A stretch of 64,000 bases of DNA, from assembly GCA_903878125.1 (NCBI GenBank), contig CAIRGS010000153.1, forward strand, positions 181-64,180, written 5' to 3'. The DNA is from an uncultured Nitrosomonadales bacterium. Its GTDB lineage: Bacteria > Pseudomonadota > Gammaproteobacteria > Burkholderiales > Gallionellaceae. A program made the position numbers and the translations under genes. This document shows, in pieces, positions 18,500-30,482 of the stretch (its first letter is position 1; every line of letters starts with the position of its first letter). The notes below the pieces were generated by a model, which searched no databases, had not been told where the DNA came from, and saw nothing but the letters and a program-made list of their open reading frames with translations.

Positions 18500-19731
18500 G
18501 GTTGTGATTTTGTTTTAGATGCTGCATTAGGGATAATCGATGGAGCCGTCGTTTTTTGCTCGGCGCTGGGAGTCGTTTTTAATTTAACCATATCGCCTTC
18601 CATCAGTGACTCGGGCGGGTTATTTATTACTAGCTCATTTGCATTGAGTAGGGCTGCAATATTAAGTGAAGTACCTAAATCTCTCAGAATTTCAACGCGC
18701 TTGAACTTCACGCGTCTGTCGCCTGCTACGACAGCAATAAACGGGCCTTCTTTTTTATACATAATCGCGCCGGCCGGAATCTGTAAAGATTTTTCATTGG
18801 CAGGAAATATAAATGTCACGCTACCATATTCACCCGGGAGTAATTCATTGGACGAATTATCCACTTCAAACTGCATCAACATTGTGCCAGAGCTCTCATT
18901 GACCGACTCGGAAGTCCCCAGGAGTTTCGCTGAAAAATGCTTCCCCGGGTGTTCTGGTACATCAACCTGAACGACCATATCCGGTTTTATGCGGGCTGCA
19001 TAATTCTGCGGAAGCGTGACGTACAGTCTTAATTTGTGCACATCTGAAATCGTGAACAATTCCTTTCCCGACTGATGGCCTGCATTAATTAGTGCACCAA
19101 TATCTGTATGACGACTGGTTATGACCCCATCAAAAGGAGCTGTGATCCGTTTAAATGATGCCAAAGCAAGCAACCGATCTACATTCGCTTGCGCTGCAAC
19201 CACGAAAGCTCTCTTGACAGCATAGTCGCCATTTTTTTCATCCACCTCCTGGGCCGACACTGAGTCCGTTTTCAATAAATTACGCCAGCGATGCGCCGTT
19301 GTTTCAGCCAGCTTTGCGTTTGCCTTGGCGGACTCCATGTTTGCTATGGCTTGTTTTAGCTGCTGATCTAAATCAGGTGATTCAATTTCAGCGAGAATCT
19401 GCCCTGCCTTGACATCATCTCCAATGTCCAATTTCCAACTCTTTAAATACCCGCTTACCCGCGCGTAAATAGTTGCCGAATAATAAGCTTGCAAGCTGCC
19501 GGGCAATACCAACTTTTCAGTATCCCTATGACCCTCTAACGCTACCGTTGCAACGGTAATCAGGGCCCGATCTGCCGTCGTCGCTGCAAGAATTTTCTGA
19601 TCATCCATCCGTTGCTTGAACCCACCCACAAAGATCCCGACAGCAACAGCAGCGATCACCATGATTATGGTTAACAGGTGTTTTGCCGGCCGCCGAACGG
19701 TTAGCGGGGAATGAATATCATCCATGCTCAA
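18496..19731 (-). CDS. RND efflux periplasmic adaptor (membrane fusion protein)
   Basis: 411 aa. It has an N-terminal TM anchor, a lipoyl/hairpin region (VSGYLKSWKLDIGDDVKAGQILAEIESPDLDQQL), and beta-barrel and MP domains. Confidence 0.85.
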   Translation of the reverse strand: MSMDDIHSPLTVRRPAKHLLTIIMVIAAVAVGIFVGGFKQRMDDQKILAATTADRALITVATVALEGHRDTEKLVLPGSLQAYYSATIYARVSGYLKSWKLDIGDDVKAGQILAEIESPDLDQQLKQAIANMESAKANAKLAETTAHRWRNLLKTDSVSAQEVDEKNGDYAVKRAFVVAAQANVDRLLALASFKRITAPFDGVITSRHTDIGALINAGHQSGKELFTISDVHKLRLYVTLPQNYAARIKPDMVVQVDVPEHPGKHFSAKLLGTSESVNESSGTMLMQFEVDNSSNELLPGEYGSVTFIFPANEKSLQIPAGAIMYKKEGPFIAVVAGDRRVKFKRVEILRDLGTSLNIAALLNANELVINNPPESLMEGDMVKLKTTPSAEQKTTAPSIIPNAASKTKSQP

Positions 19732-22700
19732 TTGCCCCCTTAGTATTGATTATGCGCGGCTGCCGCCCGTGAATCATGCCAAATAAAACTGGAACAAAAA
19801 ACAAGGTGGCACAAGTCGCAGTTATTAACCCACCAACGACTGCCCTGCCAAGAGGCGCATTTTGCTCGCCGCCGTCACCCAGCCCCAATGCCATGGGTGC
19901 CATGCCAATGATCATGGCCAGCGCGGTCATTAATACCGGACGAAATCTGCCAAATCCCGCTTCCAGTGCCGCTCTGATTGGATCACCGGTATGTGCTAAT
20001 CGTTCGCGAGCAAAACTCACGACCAGAATACTGTTGGCGGTGGCCACGCCCATGCACATAATCGCCCCGGTTAATGCCGGAACAGATAGGGTCGTATGAG
20101 TTGCAAACAACATCCATACTATTCCTGCTAACGCAGCAGGAAGTGCTGCAACGATGACAAATGGATCACTCCAGGATTGGAAATTCACCACAATCAGCAA
20201 ATAAATCAAAACGATTGCTGCCAGCAGACCAAACAATAACCCGCTAAATGCTGAATTCATGGTTTTCACCTGCCCACGGAGCGTAATCGTTGCGCCTTTT
20301 GGCCGCTCTCTTTCGTGGGCTTGCAACACCTTCTCAATATCACTTGCAATTGCGCCCAAATCTCTCCTGTCGGGAGTCGCAAAAATATCGACAACTGGTT
20401 GCACCGCATAATGCGATGCCACCGCAGCCGTTTTGGTTCGAGTAATGGTTGCGAGCCCTCCCAGAATTTGGGGGTCGCGTGCCTCGCTCCCCACAACCGG
20501 TATGTTTTCAAGATCCGATAAACTTTGAATTCTAAAGCTCGGGGTTTGGGCCACGATTGAGTATGCAACACCGTTCGCTTTATTAAGCCAATATGCTGGG
20601 GACACCTGCCCGCTACCGGCCAAGGTAACGACCAGACTGTTTGTGACATCGCGTTCGGTAATACCCACTTTCTTTGCCCGAATGCGATCCACATCGACTA
20701 AAAGCTGGGGATAGTTATAAGATTGCTGAATTCTTAGATCTGCGACTCCAGAAATTTTGGCGATATCACGCTGAAGGATTTGTGCATATTTAAAATTTTC
20801 TTCATTATTCGGGCCCATAACCTGGACGTCAATTGGCGCTGGCGCACCAAAATTCAAGATTTGACTAATGATATCGGCAGGTAAGAAAGAAAATGTCGAT
20901 CCCGGATACTGTTGCGGCAGAAATTCACGTAAGCGGCGTACATAACTATCGGTTGGCGCATGTCCCTTGTGCAGGGCTATCAGAATATCCCCGTCTTGCG
21001 GGCCTATCGTTCCCGTATTGTTGTACACCAGGTTAATCCCGCTTACGGCAAGGCCAATATTATCGATAACGCTTGCCAGCTCATTTGCCGGAATAGCCCG
21101 GCGAATATCTGATTCAATCCGATCAAACAACCTTGCCGTTTCTTCAATCCTTGTTCCAACGGGCGCACGGACATGGATTTTTATTTGTCCTGCATCCACC
21201 AAGGGGAAGAAATCTCGCCCTAACCACGGAATCAAGGCAAAAGAAATGCACACCGCGAATAAAAATCCAGCGACGAATTTATTTCTATGGGACATAAATA
21301 CGACCAGCATCCCATAGTATTTGTCCCTAATTTCATTAAACCCACGATTAAACCACTCTTGAAATCTAACAAGAGGATTTTTAGAGCGCGACCTTGGCTG
21401 ATTAACACAAAAAGAATGACCTATTTCCAATGCATGGGGTTTCAGTAAATACATCGCTAATGTTGGAACCAAGGTCCTGGATAGCAAAAATGAGGCGATC
21501 ATCGCAAACATAACCGCTTCCGCCATGGGAACAAACAAGTAATGTGCCACCCCTTCCAGGAAAACATTGGGACAAACACAATACAAATACATAACAGGGA
21601 GACAAAAGCCGGCGTTACAATTTGGCGAGCGCCATCCATGATGGCGGTTTTTACATCTTTTCCGTGTTCCAAATGCCAGTTGATGTTCTCGATAGTGACC
21701 GTCGCATCATCCACCAATATCCCAACCGCCAATGCCAGCCCACCCAGTGTCATAATATTGAGTGTTTCTCCTATAATTGATAGCCCTACAATAGAACTCA
21801 AGATTGCAAGCGGAATCGAGATAGCGATAATTACAGTAGAACGCCAGCTCCCTAGAAAAAGCAAAATCATCAAACTGGTCAACGCTGCGGCAATCACCCC
21901 TTCTTCCGCTACACCGGCAATTGCAGCTTTTACAAACACGGATTGATCTCCAACGCCTTCAAGCCGTACCGTTGACGGGATACTCTCAGACAGCTTTGGC
22001 AATAGCTGCCGCACTCTTGCCACAATATCCAATGTCGAGGCAGCACCATTTTTTAAAATGGTCATCAGTACGGCACGTTCACCATCCATACGTACTACAT
22101 TGGTCTGCGGCGGGTTTCCATCTCGAACAGTCGCAATATCGCGGAAAGTTATTACACTGTCGCCAACAACCTTGATGGGGAAATTGTTAATTTCTTCAAT
22201 TGCATCCGGGCTATTATTTAATCTGACACTGTATTCATAGCTACCGATTTTTTGTGTCCCAACTGGAATAATTTGAGTCTGCGATGCCAGCGCATTTTGC
22301 ACATCCTGGGCGGATACCCGCTTCGCCTGCATCGCCTTTTGGTCCAAGTCAATTTGAACTTGCCGAACTTTGCCGCCAAAAGGCGAAGGAATAGTCGTTC
22401 CAGGAACCGTTGCCAGCTGTGGCCGAATAAAATTCTGGGCCAAATCGAATAATTTTTGCTCAGATACTGATGGACTTGATAGTGCAAGTTGTAGAATCGG
22501 TACCGTTGACGCGTTGTAATTCAAAATTAGCGGCGGCGTTATACCGGGAGGCATCAGCTTTAGAACTGTTTGAGAGATAGACGTAACCTGAGCCGTAGCC
22601 GTTCTAATATCGACATTTGGCTGAAAAAATATTTTGACGATGCCGTAGCCGGGTAGCGATTGGGACTCAATATGATCGATGTCACTTACAGTCGAGCTAA

Positions 22701-22914
22701 GCGATCGTTCATAACCATATATTACGCGTCCGGCCATATCCTCCGGTGGCAATCCCGTATAAGACCACACTGCGCTAATCACGGGAATTTTGATATCGGG
22801 GAAAATATCGGTAGGGGATTTCAGCACCGCTAGTGGGCCGAACAAAATGATTAGCAGCGCTAACACAATAAAAGTGTATGGTCTCTGCAGAGCAATCTTG
22901 ACAAGCTCAATCAT
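19718..22914 (-). pseudogene. RND efflux permease (AcrB/HAE family), split into two ORFs by a frameshift
   Basis: ORF 21499..22914 is the N-terminal 471 aa (MIELVKIALQRPYTF...). ORF 19718..21592 is the C-terminal ~600 aa. Together they make a ~1040-aa RND pump. The frames join at the T4 run (A4 on the + strand, 21561-21564): ...IVFVPMF|FLEGVAHYLFVPMAEAV... Confidence 0.85.
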
Positions 22915-22985
22915 AGCGCTTGAGAAGCGTAGTACTTCAATATTATTATCTTCATCTCTTTGCTCAGGTCACCACCGCTGATCCG

Positions 22986-24083
22986 TTAAGTTTGCACCAA
23001 TTTCTTGTGAGTATGAATACTCATAAGCATACCAAAACCAAGCAATAAAATGACCATGGACGTACCGCCGTAACTAACGAGCGGTAACGGTACGCCCACC
23101 ACTGGCAGAATGCCGCTCACCATGCCCATATTGACGAAGGCATAGGTGAAGAAAGTGAGGGTAATACTGCCGGCCATAAGACGTGTAAAGTAAGTTGAAG
23201 CATTGGCGGTAATCACGAAGCCACGCGCAATAACGAACAAGTACAAGCTTAACAGCACAATATTACCGAACAAGCCGAATTCTTCCGAATACACAGCAAA
23301 AATGAAGTCGGTGGTACGCTCAGGCAGAAAGTCGAGGTGCGTCTGAGTGCCATTGAGATACCCCTTGCCAAACATCCCGCCGGAACCCACCGCAATGATG
23401 GCCTGGATAGTGTGATAACCACTGCCCAATGCATCCTGCGCCGGATCAAGCAACATCATAATGCGGTGACGCTGATAGTCGTGCAACGTGGACCACGCAA
23501 GCGGCATACTTGCCATTAAAATTACCAAGAAAGTCAGCATGACACGCCAGGATATACCGGCCAGGAATAGCACATAAAATCCGCTAGAGGCGATCAAAAT
23601 GGCTGTACCCAAATCTGGCTGGCGCGCAATTAACGCCACCGGCAGCAACAACAGCAAGGTTGCGACGAAATAATTTTTTAGGGTCAGCATGGCTTCGTGC
23701 TTTTCAAAATACCAAGCCATCATCAACGGTACAGCTATCCTCATTAGCTCGGAAGGCTGAATGGTGGTCACCCCGATGTTCAACCAGCGTCGTGCCCCGT
23801 GTGCGATTTCACCGAAGAACGCCACGGCGATCAGTAGCACCATACCTAGCAGGTAGACTGGCACTGCGGCCCGCATCAAATAATGAAGCGGCATGTTGGC
23901 CACAATCCATAGTGCGGCGCACGCCACCAGTATATTCGTCATCTGCGCCAACACACGGAACCAGTTGCCGCCACTGGCGCTATACAGCACCACCAAACTA
24001 ACCAACAGAAGCAGTCCAAGCGCAGCCAGCAGAACAGGGTCAAGGTGCGCGACGAAGCGTTGCCACAGAAGTCGTCTAGTCAT
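22986..24083 (-). CDS. rodA: peptidoglycan glycosyltransferase RodA (SEDS family)
   Basis: About 366 aa from MTRRLLWQRFVAHLDP, with the conserved ...PERTTDFIF... and ...LPLVSYGGTS... motifs. ATG 24083 overlaps the mrdA stop (ATGACTAG). The longer ORF start at 24209 lies inside mrdA. Confidence 0.9.
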   Translation of the reverse strand: MTRRLLWQRFVAHLDPVLLAALGLLLLVSLVVLYSASGGNWFRVLAQMTNILVACAALWIVANMPLHYLMRAAVPVYLLGMVLLIAVAFFGEIAHGARRWLNIGVTTIQPSELMRIAVPLMMAWYFEKHEAMLTLKNYFVATLLLLLPVALIARQPDLGTAILIASSGFYVLFLAGISWRVMLTFLVILMASMPLAWSTLHDYQRHRIMMLLDPAQDALGSGYHTIQAIIAVGSGGMFGKGYLNGTQTHLDFLPERTTDFIFAVYSEEFGLFGNIVLLSLYLFVIARGFVITANASTYFTRLMAGSITLTFFTYAFVNMGMVSGILPVVGVPLPLVSYGGTSMVILLLGFGMLMSIHTHKKLVQT

Positions 24084-25977
24084 CTTCTGCCCCTTCTGCC
24101 TCATCCACTGCAGGCAAGGGCTGAGGCAGCTTACCCAGCAGGAAGTAGTCCAACACCTTACGCGCAATCGGCGCAGCGGTAGAGCTGCCATGTCCGCCGT
24201 TTTCAACAAGCACTGCCAGCGCTATCTTGGGTTGCTCGAAAGGCGCAAAAGCCATGAACCAGGCGTGGTCGCGATGGTGCTCCTGTATCTTGCTTTCGAT
24301 GTACTTCTCACCCTGTTTCATGCCTATAACCTGCGCAGTGCCGGTTTTACCGGCAAAAACATAGGGCGCACCTGCGCCTGCCCTTGCGGCCGTTCCTCCA
24401 GGTTGCGTCACCGCCACCATCGCGCTTTTCACCAGCGCGAGATGCTCCGCATTGAGGTTGAGATTGGATTCCTGATTCATCCCCAATATGCGTTTTTCGC
24501 TAGTGCGCAAGCTTTGCACCTCCTTCAGCAGATGCGGACGGTAGGCTACGCCATCATTGGCCAGTATCGCAGTGGCGTAGGCCAATTGCAGCGGGGTAAC
24601 CAGATTGTAGCCCTGGCCAATACCAACCGAAATCGTGTCGCCGGCATACCATTTTTGTTTGTGACGTTTCTGCTTCCACTCCTGCGATGGCATCAAGCCG
24701 GAAACCTCACCTTCCAGATCAATGCCGGTTTTCTTACCGAATCCAAACTCCGAAAAAAAACTGTATATGTTGTCTATGCCCAGTTCGTTGGCCAGCCCAT
24801 AATAATAAGTGTCACACGACACCACGATGGATTTAAACAAGTCTACGCTGCCGTGCCCACCCTTTTTCCAATCACGGTATTGGTGACGACTACCGGGCAG
24901 GCTGAAGTAACCCGGGTCGCTGATAGCGTAGCTAGGAATGCGCTTCTTGTAATGCAGCCCAGCCAATGCCATGAACGGCTTGATGGTGGAGCCTGGCGAA
25001 TATTGGCCACGCAATGCACGATTATTGAGTGGGACATCGGGCGAGTTGTTCAGCTCATTCCAGCTCTGTTCATCAATGCCATCAATGAACAGGTTTGGAT
25101 CGTAGCCCGGCTTGCTGACAAAGGCCAATACCTCCCCATTGCTTGGGTCTATAGCCACTAGCGCACCTCGATAATTGCCAAACGCCTGCTCGGCAACTCC
25201 CTGCAACTTGGCGTCTATCGTTAGTACCAGGTTGTTGCCCGATACTGGCGGGGTGCGCGACAGCACTCGCACCTCGCGCCCCCCCGCATCGACTTCCACC
25301 TGCTGGAAGCCGGTTTTACCATGCAATTCACTCTCGTAATTCTGCTCGATGCCAGTCTTGCCAATGTAATCAGAGCCACGATAATTAGCGGCCACTTCAT
25401 CCTCCTCAAGCTGTGCAATTTCACTCTCATTAATACGGCCGATGTAACCGACCAGGTGAGAAATCTGCTCGTGGTATGGATATTCACGGAACAGGCGCGC
25501 CTTGATTTCCACGCCGGGGAAACGATAGCGCTGCGAAGCAAAGCGCGCCACTTCATCATCCGTCAGGCGATTGCGTATTGGCAGGCTCTCAAATTTACGG
25601 CTATCGGCCAGCAGTCTCTTAAAGCGCTTGCGATCTCCGGGCTGAATTTCAATTATCTTTGCAAGCTCATCAATCGTCGCCTTCAGATCGACTACCTTGC
25701 TTAATGTTATTTCTAAAGTATAAGCAGAATAATTATGTGCCAGAACCACGCCGTTGCGGTCAAGTATTAGACCTCGGCTGGGCGCAATGGGCACGATGGA
25801 AATGCGATTATTCTCCGCCAGAGTTTGGTAGTGGCTATGTTGCATCACCTGCAAATATACAAAACGCACCAGCAGTATTAACAACAGAAGTAGCACAAAC
25901 CCTAAACTGAGCGTCAGACGCAGCCGAAAATTATGGATTTCTCGTTGAGTGTCTTTAAACTCGACGTGACGCTTCAT
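24076..25977 (-). CDS. mrdA: penicillin-binding protein 2 (elongasome transpeptidase)
   Basis: 633 aa with an N-terminal TM, a PBP dimerisation domain, and transpeptidase motifs STIKP, SCD(T)YY (SxN-like) and KTGTA. Confidence 0.92.
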   Translation of the reverse strand: MKRHVEFKDTQREIHNFRLRLTLSLGFVLLLLLILLVRFVYLQVMQHSHYQTLAENNRISIVPIAPSRGLILDRNGVVLAHNYSAYTLEITLSKVVDLKATIDELAKIIEIQPGDRKRFKRLLADSRKFESLPIRNRLTDDEVARFASQRYRFPGVEIKARLFREYPYHEQISHLVGYIGRINESEIAQLEEDEVAANYRGSDYIGKTGIEQNYESELHGKTGFQQVEVDAGGREVRVLSRTPPVSGNNLVLTIDAKLQGVAEQAFGNYRGALVAIDPSNGEVLAFVSKPGYDPNLFIDGIDEQSWNELNNSPDVPLNNRALRGQYSPGSTIKPFMALAGLHYKKRIPSYAISDPGYFSLPGSRHQYRDWKKGGHGSVDLFKSIVVSCDTYYYGLANELGIDNIYSFFSEFGFGKKTGIDLEGEVSGLMPSQEWKQKRHKQKWYAGDTISVGIGQGYNLVTPLQLAYATAILANDGVAYRPHLLKEVQSLRTSEKRILGMNQESNLNLNAEHLALVKSAMVAVTQPGGTAARAGAGAPYVFAGKTGTAQVIGMKQGEKYIESKIQEHHRDHAWFMAFAPFEQPKIALAVLVENGGHGSSTAAPIARKVLDYFLLGKLPQPLPAVDEAEGAEDD

Positions 25978-26492
25978 AACTGATCAGATACAGCACGGGG
26001 ACGACGCAAGGCCTGCAACAATAGGGTCAAGGGTGCCCACAGCAATGCCGACATTACACTGCCGATGAAGTATTCCCATGAAATATTGCCGCGTAGTTGC
26101 CAATACACTGCGGCGTAAATCGCATATGCCAGCAATAACAACGGGAAGATTTGCAGGGTCTGCTGGCGCAAATTGAACATCAGCACCCGGCGATGCAACA
26201 CGATGCCGCTGAAAGCCAATACCGAGTATGCCAGTGCATGCTGTCCAAAGAGACTTGCGTCAGCAACATCGGCAAGTATGCCCACCGCCCACGCAATGCT
26301 AATGCCGACGTTATAGGGTTTGTGCGTGCACCAGTAGAGCAATACCAGCGCGACAAAATCTGGGCGAAACACTAGCCAGACACCTTGCCATGGCAGCCAA
26401 TTGAGCATCAGCGCAACAAACAGGCTAGCTGCGATGAAAAAACGGCTAACGGGCAACTGGAATTCCTGGTCTTTCTGAACGTGATCTCTCAC
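25974..26492 (-). CDS. mreD: rod shape-determining protein MreD
   Basis: 172-aa polytopic membrane protein between mreC and mrdA, with 4-nt overlaps on both sides. Confidence 0.85.
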   Translation of the reverse strand: MRDHVQKDQEFQLPVSRFFIAASLFVALMLNWLPWQGVWLVFRPDFVALVLLYWCTHKPYNVGISIAWAVGILADVADASLFGQHALAYSVLAFSGIVLHRRVLMFNLRQQTLQIFPLLLLAYAIYAAVYWQLRGNISWEYFIGSVMSALLWAPLTLLLQALRRPRAVSDQL

Positions 26493-27400
26493 CTGCTCCC
26501 CCGTCTGCCACTTTTAGGCTTGTCGGTCGAGGTTTCCACAGCCATCTCCGGACGTGCTGGCAACTTCTGTAGCGCGGACAAGATCAGCAGTTGGCGCCGT
26601 TTATCCACCCCACCAATCGGCGCACATAGAATGCGCGCAAAAGGATAGGCGGGATCGCGCTCAACATGGATTATCTTGGCCACCGGCAGACCATGCGGAT
26701 AAGTGCCATCAATGCCGGAAGTTACCAACACATCGCCATTCTGGATGTCAGAACTAATGGGCATATAGCGCAGCGCCAGCTCACCGGTGTCACCCGAGCC
26801 GAACACCACTGCACGCAAGCCATTGCGCAGCACCTGCACCGGCACCGCGTGATCCTTATCAGTGATTAACGTGACCTCGCTCATCCAAGGATAAACGCGT
26901 GTAACCTGGCCGACGATACCGCTATCATCCATCACTATCTGTCCGGCCAACACATGGACCTGGGTGCCCTTGTCCAATAATATTTTTCTATTAAACATGT
27001 CTCGTTCGACATATATTATTTCGGCTAGCTGCATTGGATAGTCGGCACGCTGCTGCACCATAAGAAGGTTACGCAAGTGCTGATTTTCCGCTTTCAGTAC
27101 CTCCAGTTGTAGCAACTGCGCGACATCTAAAGTGTTCTGATGGCGTAATTCATCGTTGTCGCGAATCAAGCTGTTATGGGAGACAAAAAAAGCATCAACC
27201 TCATGCCATAGATTACCTGGTGCCGTGACTAACCGTTGCAGAGGGTACACCAAGACTGAAAGGCCGCTACGTATGGATTCCAGATATCGATATCGTACAT
27301 CCACAAACAATAACAGCAACGAAAGCAGTACGAAAAATACCAGCCGGACGGCAGGAGAGGGGCCTCGATTGAAGAAGCGAAGGGGCTGATTTTGTTCCAT
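26489..27400 (-). CDS. mreC: rod shape-determining protein MreC
   Basis: 303 aa with an N-terminal TM, a coiled coil (LQLEVLKAENQHLRNLL) and two beta-barrel domains (...VTSGIDGTYPHGLPVAKI...). Confidence 0.9.
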   Translation of the reverse strand: MEQNQPLRFFNRGPSPAVRLVFFVLLSLLLLFVDVRYRYLESIRSGLSVLVYPLQRLVTAPGNLWHEVDAFFVSHNSLIRDNDELRHQNTLDVAQLLQLEVLKAENQHLRNLLMVQQRADYPMQLAEIIYVERDMFNRKILLDKGTQVHVLAGQIVMDDSGIVGQVTRVYPWMSEVTLITDKDHAVPVQVLRNGLRAVVFGSGDTGELALRYMPISSDIQNGDVLVTSGIDGTYPHGLPVAKIIHVERDPAYPFARILCAPIGGVDKRRQLLILSALQKLPARPEMAVETSTDKPKSGRRGSR

Positions 27401-27548
27401 TAGGGCGTTTCAACAGCCATTTCTGCTTACAATTATCAGTTACAACACCAACGCTATTCTCTTCCGTTTACTGAAGTAAAAGCGGAAGAGACGAGAATTA
27501 CTGGACTGTATTAAATTAAAATTATCCACATACCGGTAAATCTGATGC

Positions 27549-28637
<1,089 letters not shown>

Positions 28638-28704
28638 TTAGTCTGGCAAGACTATTAATGATAACCTATTACGCTACTTTTAATAAAGATAAAGAATTTA
28701 GCCT

Positions 28705-28992
28705 ATGTCGCTCAGTCTCAATGAAGTCTATAAGGTCGCCCGGCTGGCTCGACTAGGAATGACCGAGCAGGAAGCGCAAACAGCGCACGTCCAGCTATTG
28801 AATATCTTTGGCTTGATCGCCGAAATGCAGGCAGTCGACACAAGTGGGATTGCACCGATGTCGCACGCTCAGGATATAACCCAACGCTTGCGCGCGGATG
28901 TGGTCACAGAACACAATCAACGCGAGCTATTCCAGGCCGCAGCCCCGCAAATTAAAAAGGGATTGTACTTAGTACCACAAGTCATCGAATAA
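28705..28992 (+). CDS. gatC: Asp/Glu-tRNA(Asn/Gln) amidotransferase subunit C
   Basis: 95 aa, ...VARLARLGMTEQEA...; first gene of gatCAB, divergent from mreB. Confidence 0.9.
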   Translation: MSLSLNEVYKVARLARLGMTEQEAQTAHVQLLNIFGLIAEMQAVDTSGIAPMSHAQDITQRLRADVVTEHNQRELFQAAAPQIKKGLYLVPQVIE

Positions 28993-29010
28993 CTTTCCAG
29001 TTCCAAGACC

Positions 29011-30471
29011 ATGCATAATTCCAGTTTGCTACAGCTAGGCTCAGCATTGCGCAGCAAGAAAATTTCCAGCGTTGAGTTGACGCAACTTTATCTACACCGC
29101 ATTGCCGCGCTCAACTCAAAACTCAATGCCTACATCACAATAAATGAGGAGATGAGCTTGGTACAGGCACGCGCAGCCGATGTCCAGTTAGCGCAATCCA
29201 AAACCCACGCACTTACTGGCATTCCCATAGCCCAGAAGGATATATTCTGTGCAATGGGTTGGCGCACCACGTGCGGCTCGAAAATGCTGTCTAATTTTAT
29301 TGCCCCCTACGATGCGCATGTGATTGAGCAATTCAACCGCGTTGGCGCGGTAAATTTGGGCAAGACCAACATGGACGAATTCGCCATGGGTTCCAGCAAT
29401 GAAACTTCTTACTTTGGCCCTGTAAAAAACCCCTGGAACCCCAACGCCGTGCCCGGCGGTAGCTCCGGCGGCAGTGCAGCTGCGGTATCGGCACACTTAT
29501 GTGCAGCAGCCACCGGCACTGACACTGGCGGTTCTATCCGCCAGCCAGCCGCACTATGTGGCATCTCAGGCCTGAAACCAACTTATGGCGTAGTCTCCCG
29601 TTACGGCATGATCGCCTTTGCTTCCAGCTTGGATCAAGCCGGACCAATGGCGCGCAGCGCGGAAGATTTGGCACTGCTATTGAATGTAATGGTCGGCTTC
29701 GACGAACGCGATTCCACTAGCCTGCAACGTGAAGCAGAGGATTATGCACGAGATTTAAATAAGCCACTGAATGGTCTGCGCATTGGCTTGCCCAAAGAAT
29801 TTTTCGCCGCAGGTTTAAGCGCAGATGTCGCGCAAGCGATTGAAGCGTCCATTGCCGAATACAAAAAATTAGGTGCCAGCGTGGTCGACATCAGCCTGCC
29901 CAACTCGAGCCTGTCCATCCCAGTGTATTACGTGCTGGCTCCGGCGGAAGCCTCCAGCAATCTGTCACGATACGACGGTGTGCGCTACGGTTACCGCGCG
30001 CCGGAATATACCAATCTTGCGGACATGTATGAGAAATCCCGCGCGCAAGGTTTCGGTGAAGAAGTAAAGCGGCGCATTATGATCGGCACTTATGTGCTAT
30101 CGCACGGTTACTACGACGCCTATTATTTGCAGGCACAGAAAATTCGCCGCCTGATCGCGCAGGACTTTGTCGAAGCATTCAAGCAATGTGACGTCATCAT
30201 GGGACCCACCACTCCCACCACCGCCTTCAATCTGGGCGAGAAAAACGATGACCCGGTACAAATGTATCTTTCCGACATCTATACCATCGCGGTGAATCTC
30301 GCAGGCCTGCCCGGCATGTCCATCCCGGCAGGCTTCGGCAGCAATGGCCTGCCCGTTGGCTTGCAAATTATCGGCAATTATTTCGACGAGGCACGCATGC
30401 TAAACGTGGCACATCAATATCAGCAGGTGACCGATTGGCACACCCGCACTCCGCAACATATCGAGGTGTAA
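29011..30471 (+). CDS. gatA: Asp/Glu-tRNA(Asn/Gln) amidotransferase subunit A
   Basis: 486 aa with the amidase signature [11 protein letters not shown]...[12 protein letters not shown]. Confidence 0.95.
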   Translation: MHNSSLLQLGSALRSKKISSVELTQLYLHRIAALNSKLNAYITINEEMSLVQARAADVQLAQSKTHALTGIPIAQKDIFCAMGWRTTCGSKMLSNFIAPYDAHVIEQFNRVGAVNLGKTNMDEFAMGSSNETSYFGPVKNPWNPNAVPGGSSGGSAAAVSAHLCAAATGTDTGGSIRQPAALCGISGLKPTYGVVSRYGMIAFASSLDQAGPMARSAEDLALLLNVMVGFDERDSTSLQREAEDYARDLNKPLNGLRIGLPKEFFAAGLSADVAQAIEASIAEYKKLGASVVDISLPNSSLSIPVYYVLAPAEASSNLSRYDGVRYGYRAPEYTNLADMYEKSRAQGFGEEVKRRIMIGTYVLSHGYYDAYYLQAQKIRRLIAQDFVEAFKQCDVIMGPTTPTTAFNLGEKNDDPVQMYLSDIYTIAVNLAGLPGMSIPAGFGSNGLPVGLQIIGNYFDEARMLNVAHQYQQVTDWHTRTPQHIEV

Positions 30472-30482
30472 GGAACCGCACC

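Noticed and set aside
23893-25161. A 422-aa plus-strand ORF, and similar long ORFs at 1898..2473(-), 8758..9354(+), 35691..36350(+), 44512..45006(+), 59930..60505(-) and 60662..61138(-).
   Set aside because: All lie antisense to, or out of frame within, strongly supported conserved genes (mrdA/rodA, glyS, NMO, argS, ATPase, mfd). Their translations are low-complexity Arg/Ser/Pro/His-rich with no motifs. These are typical shadow ORFs.
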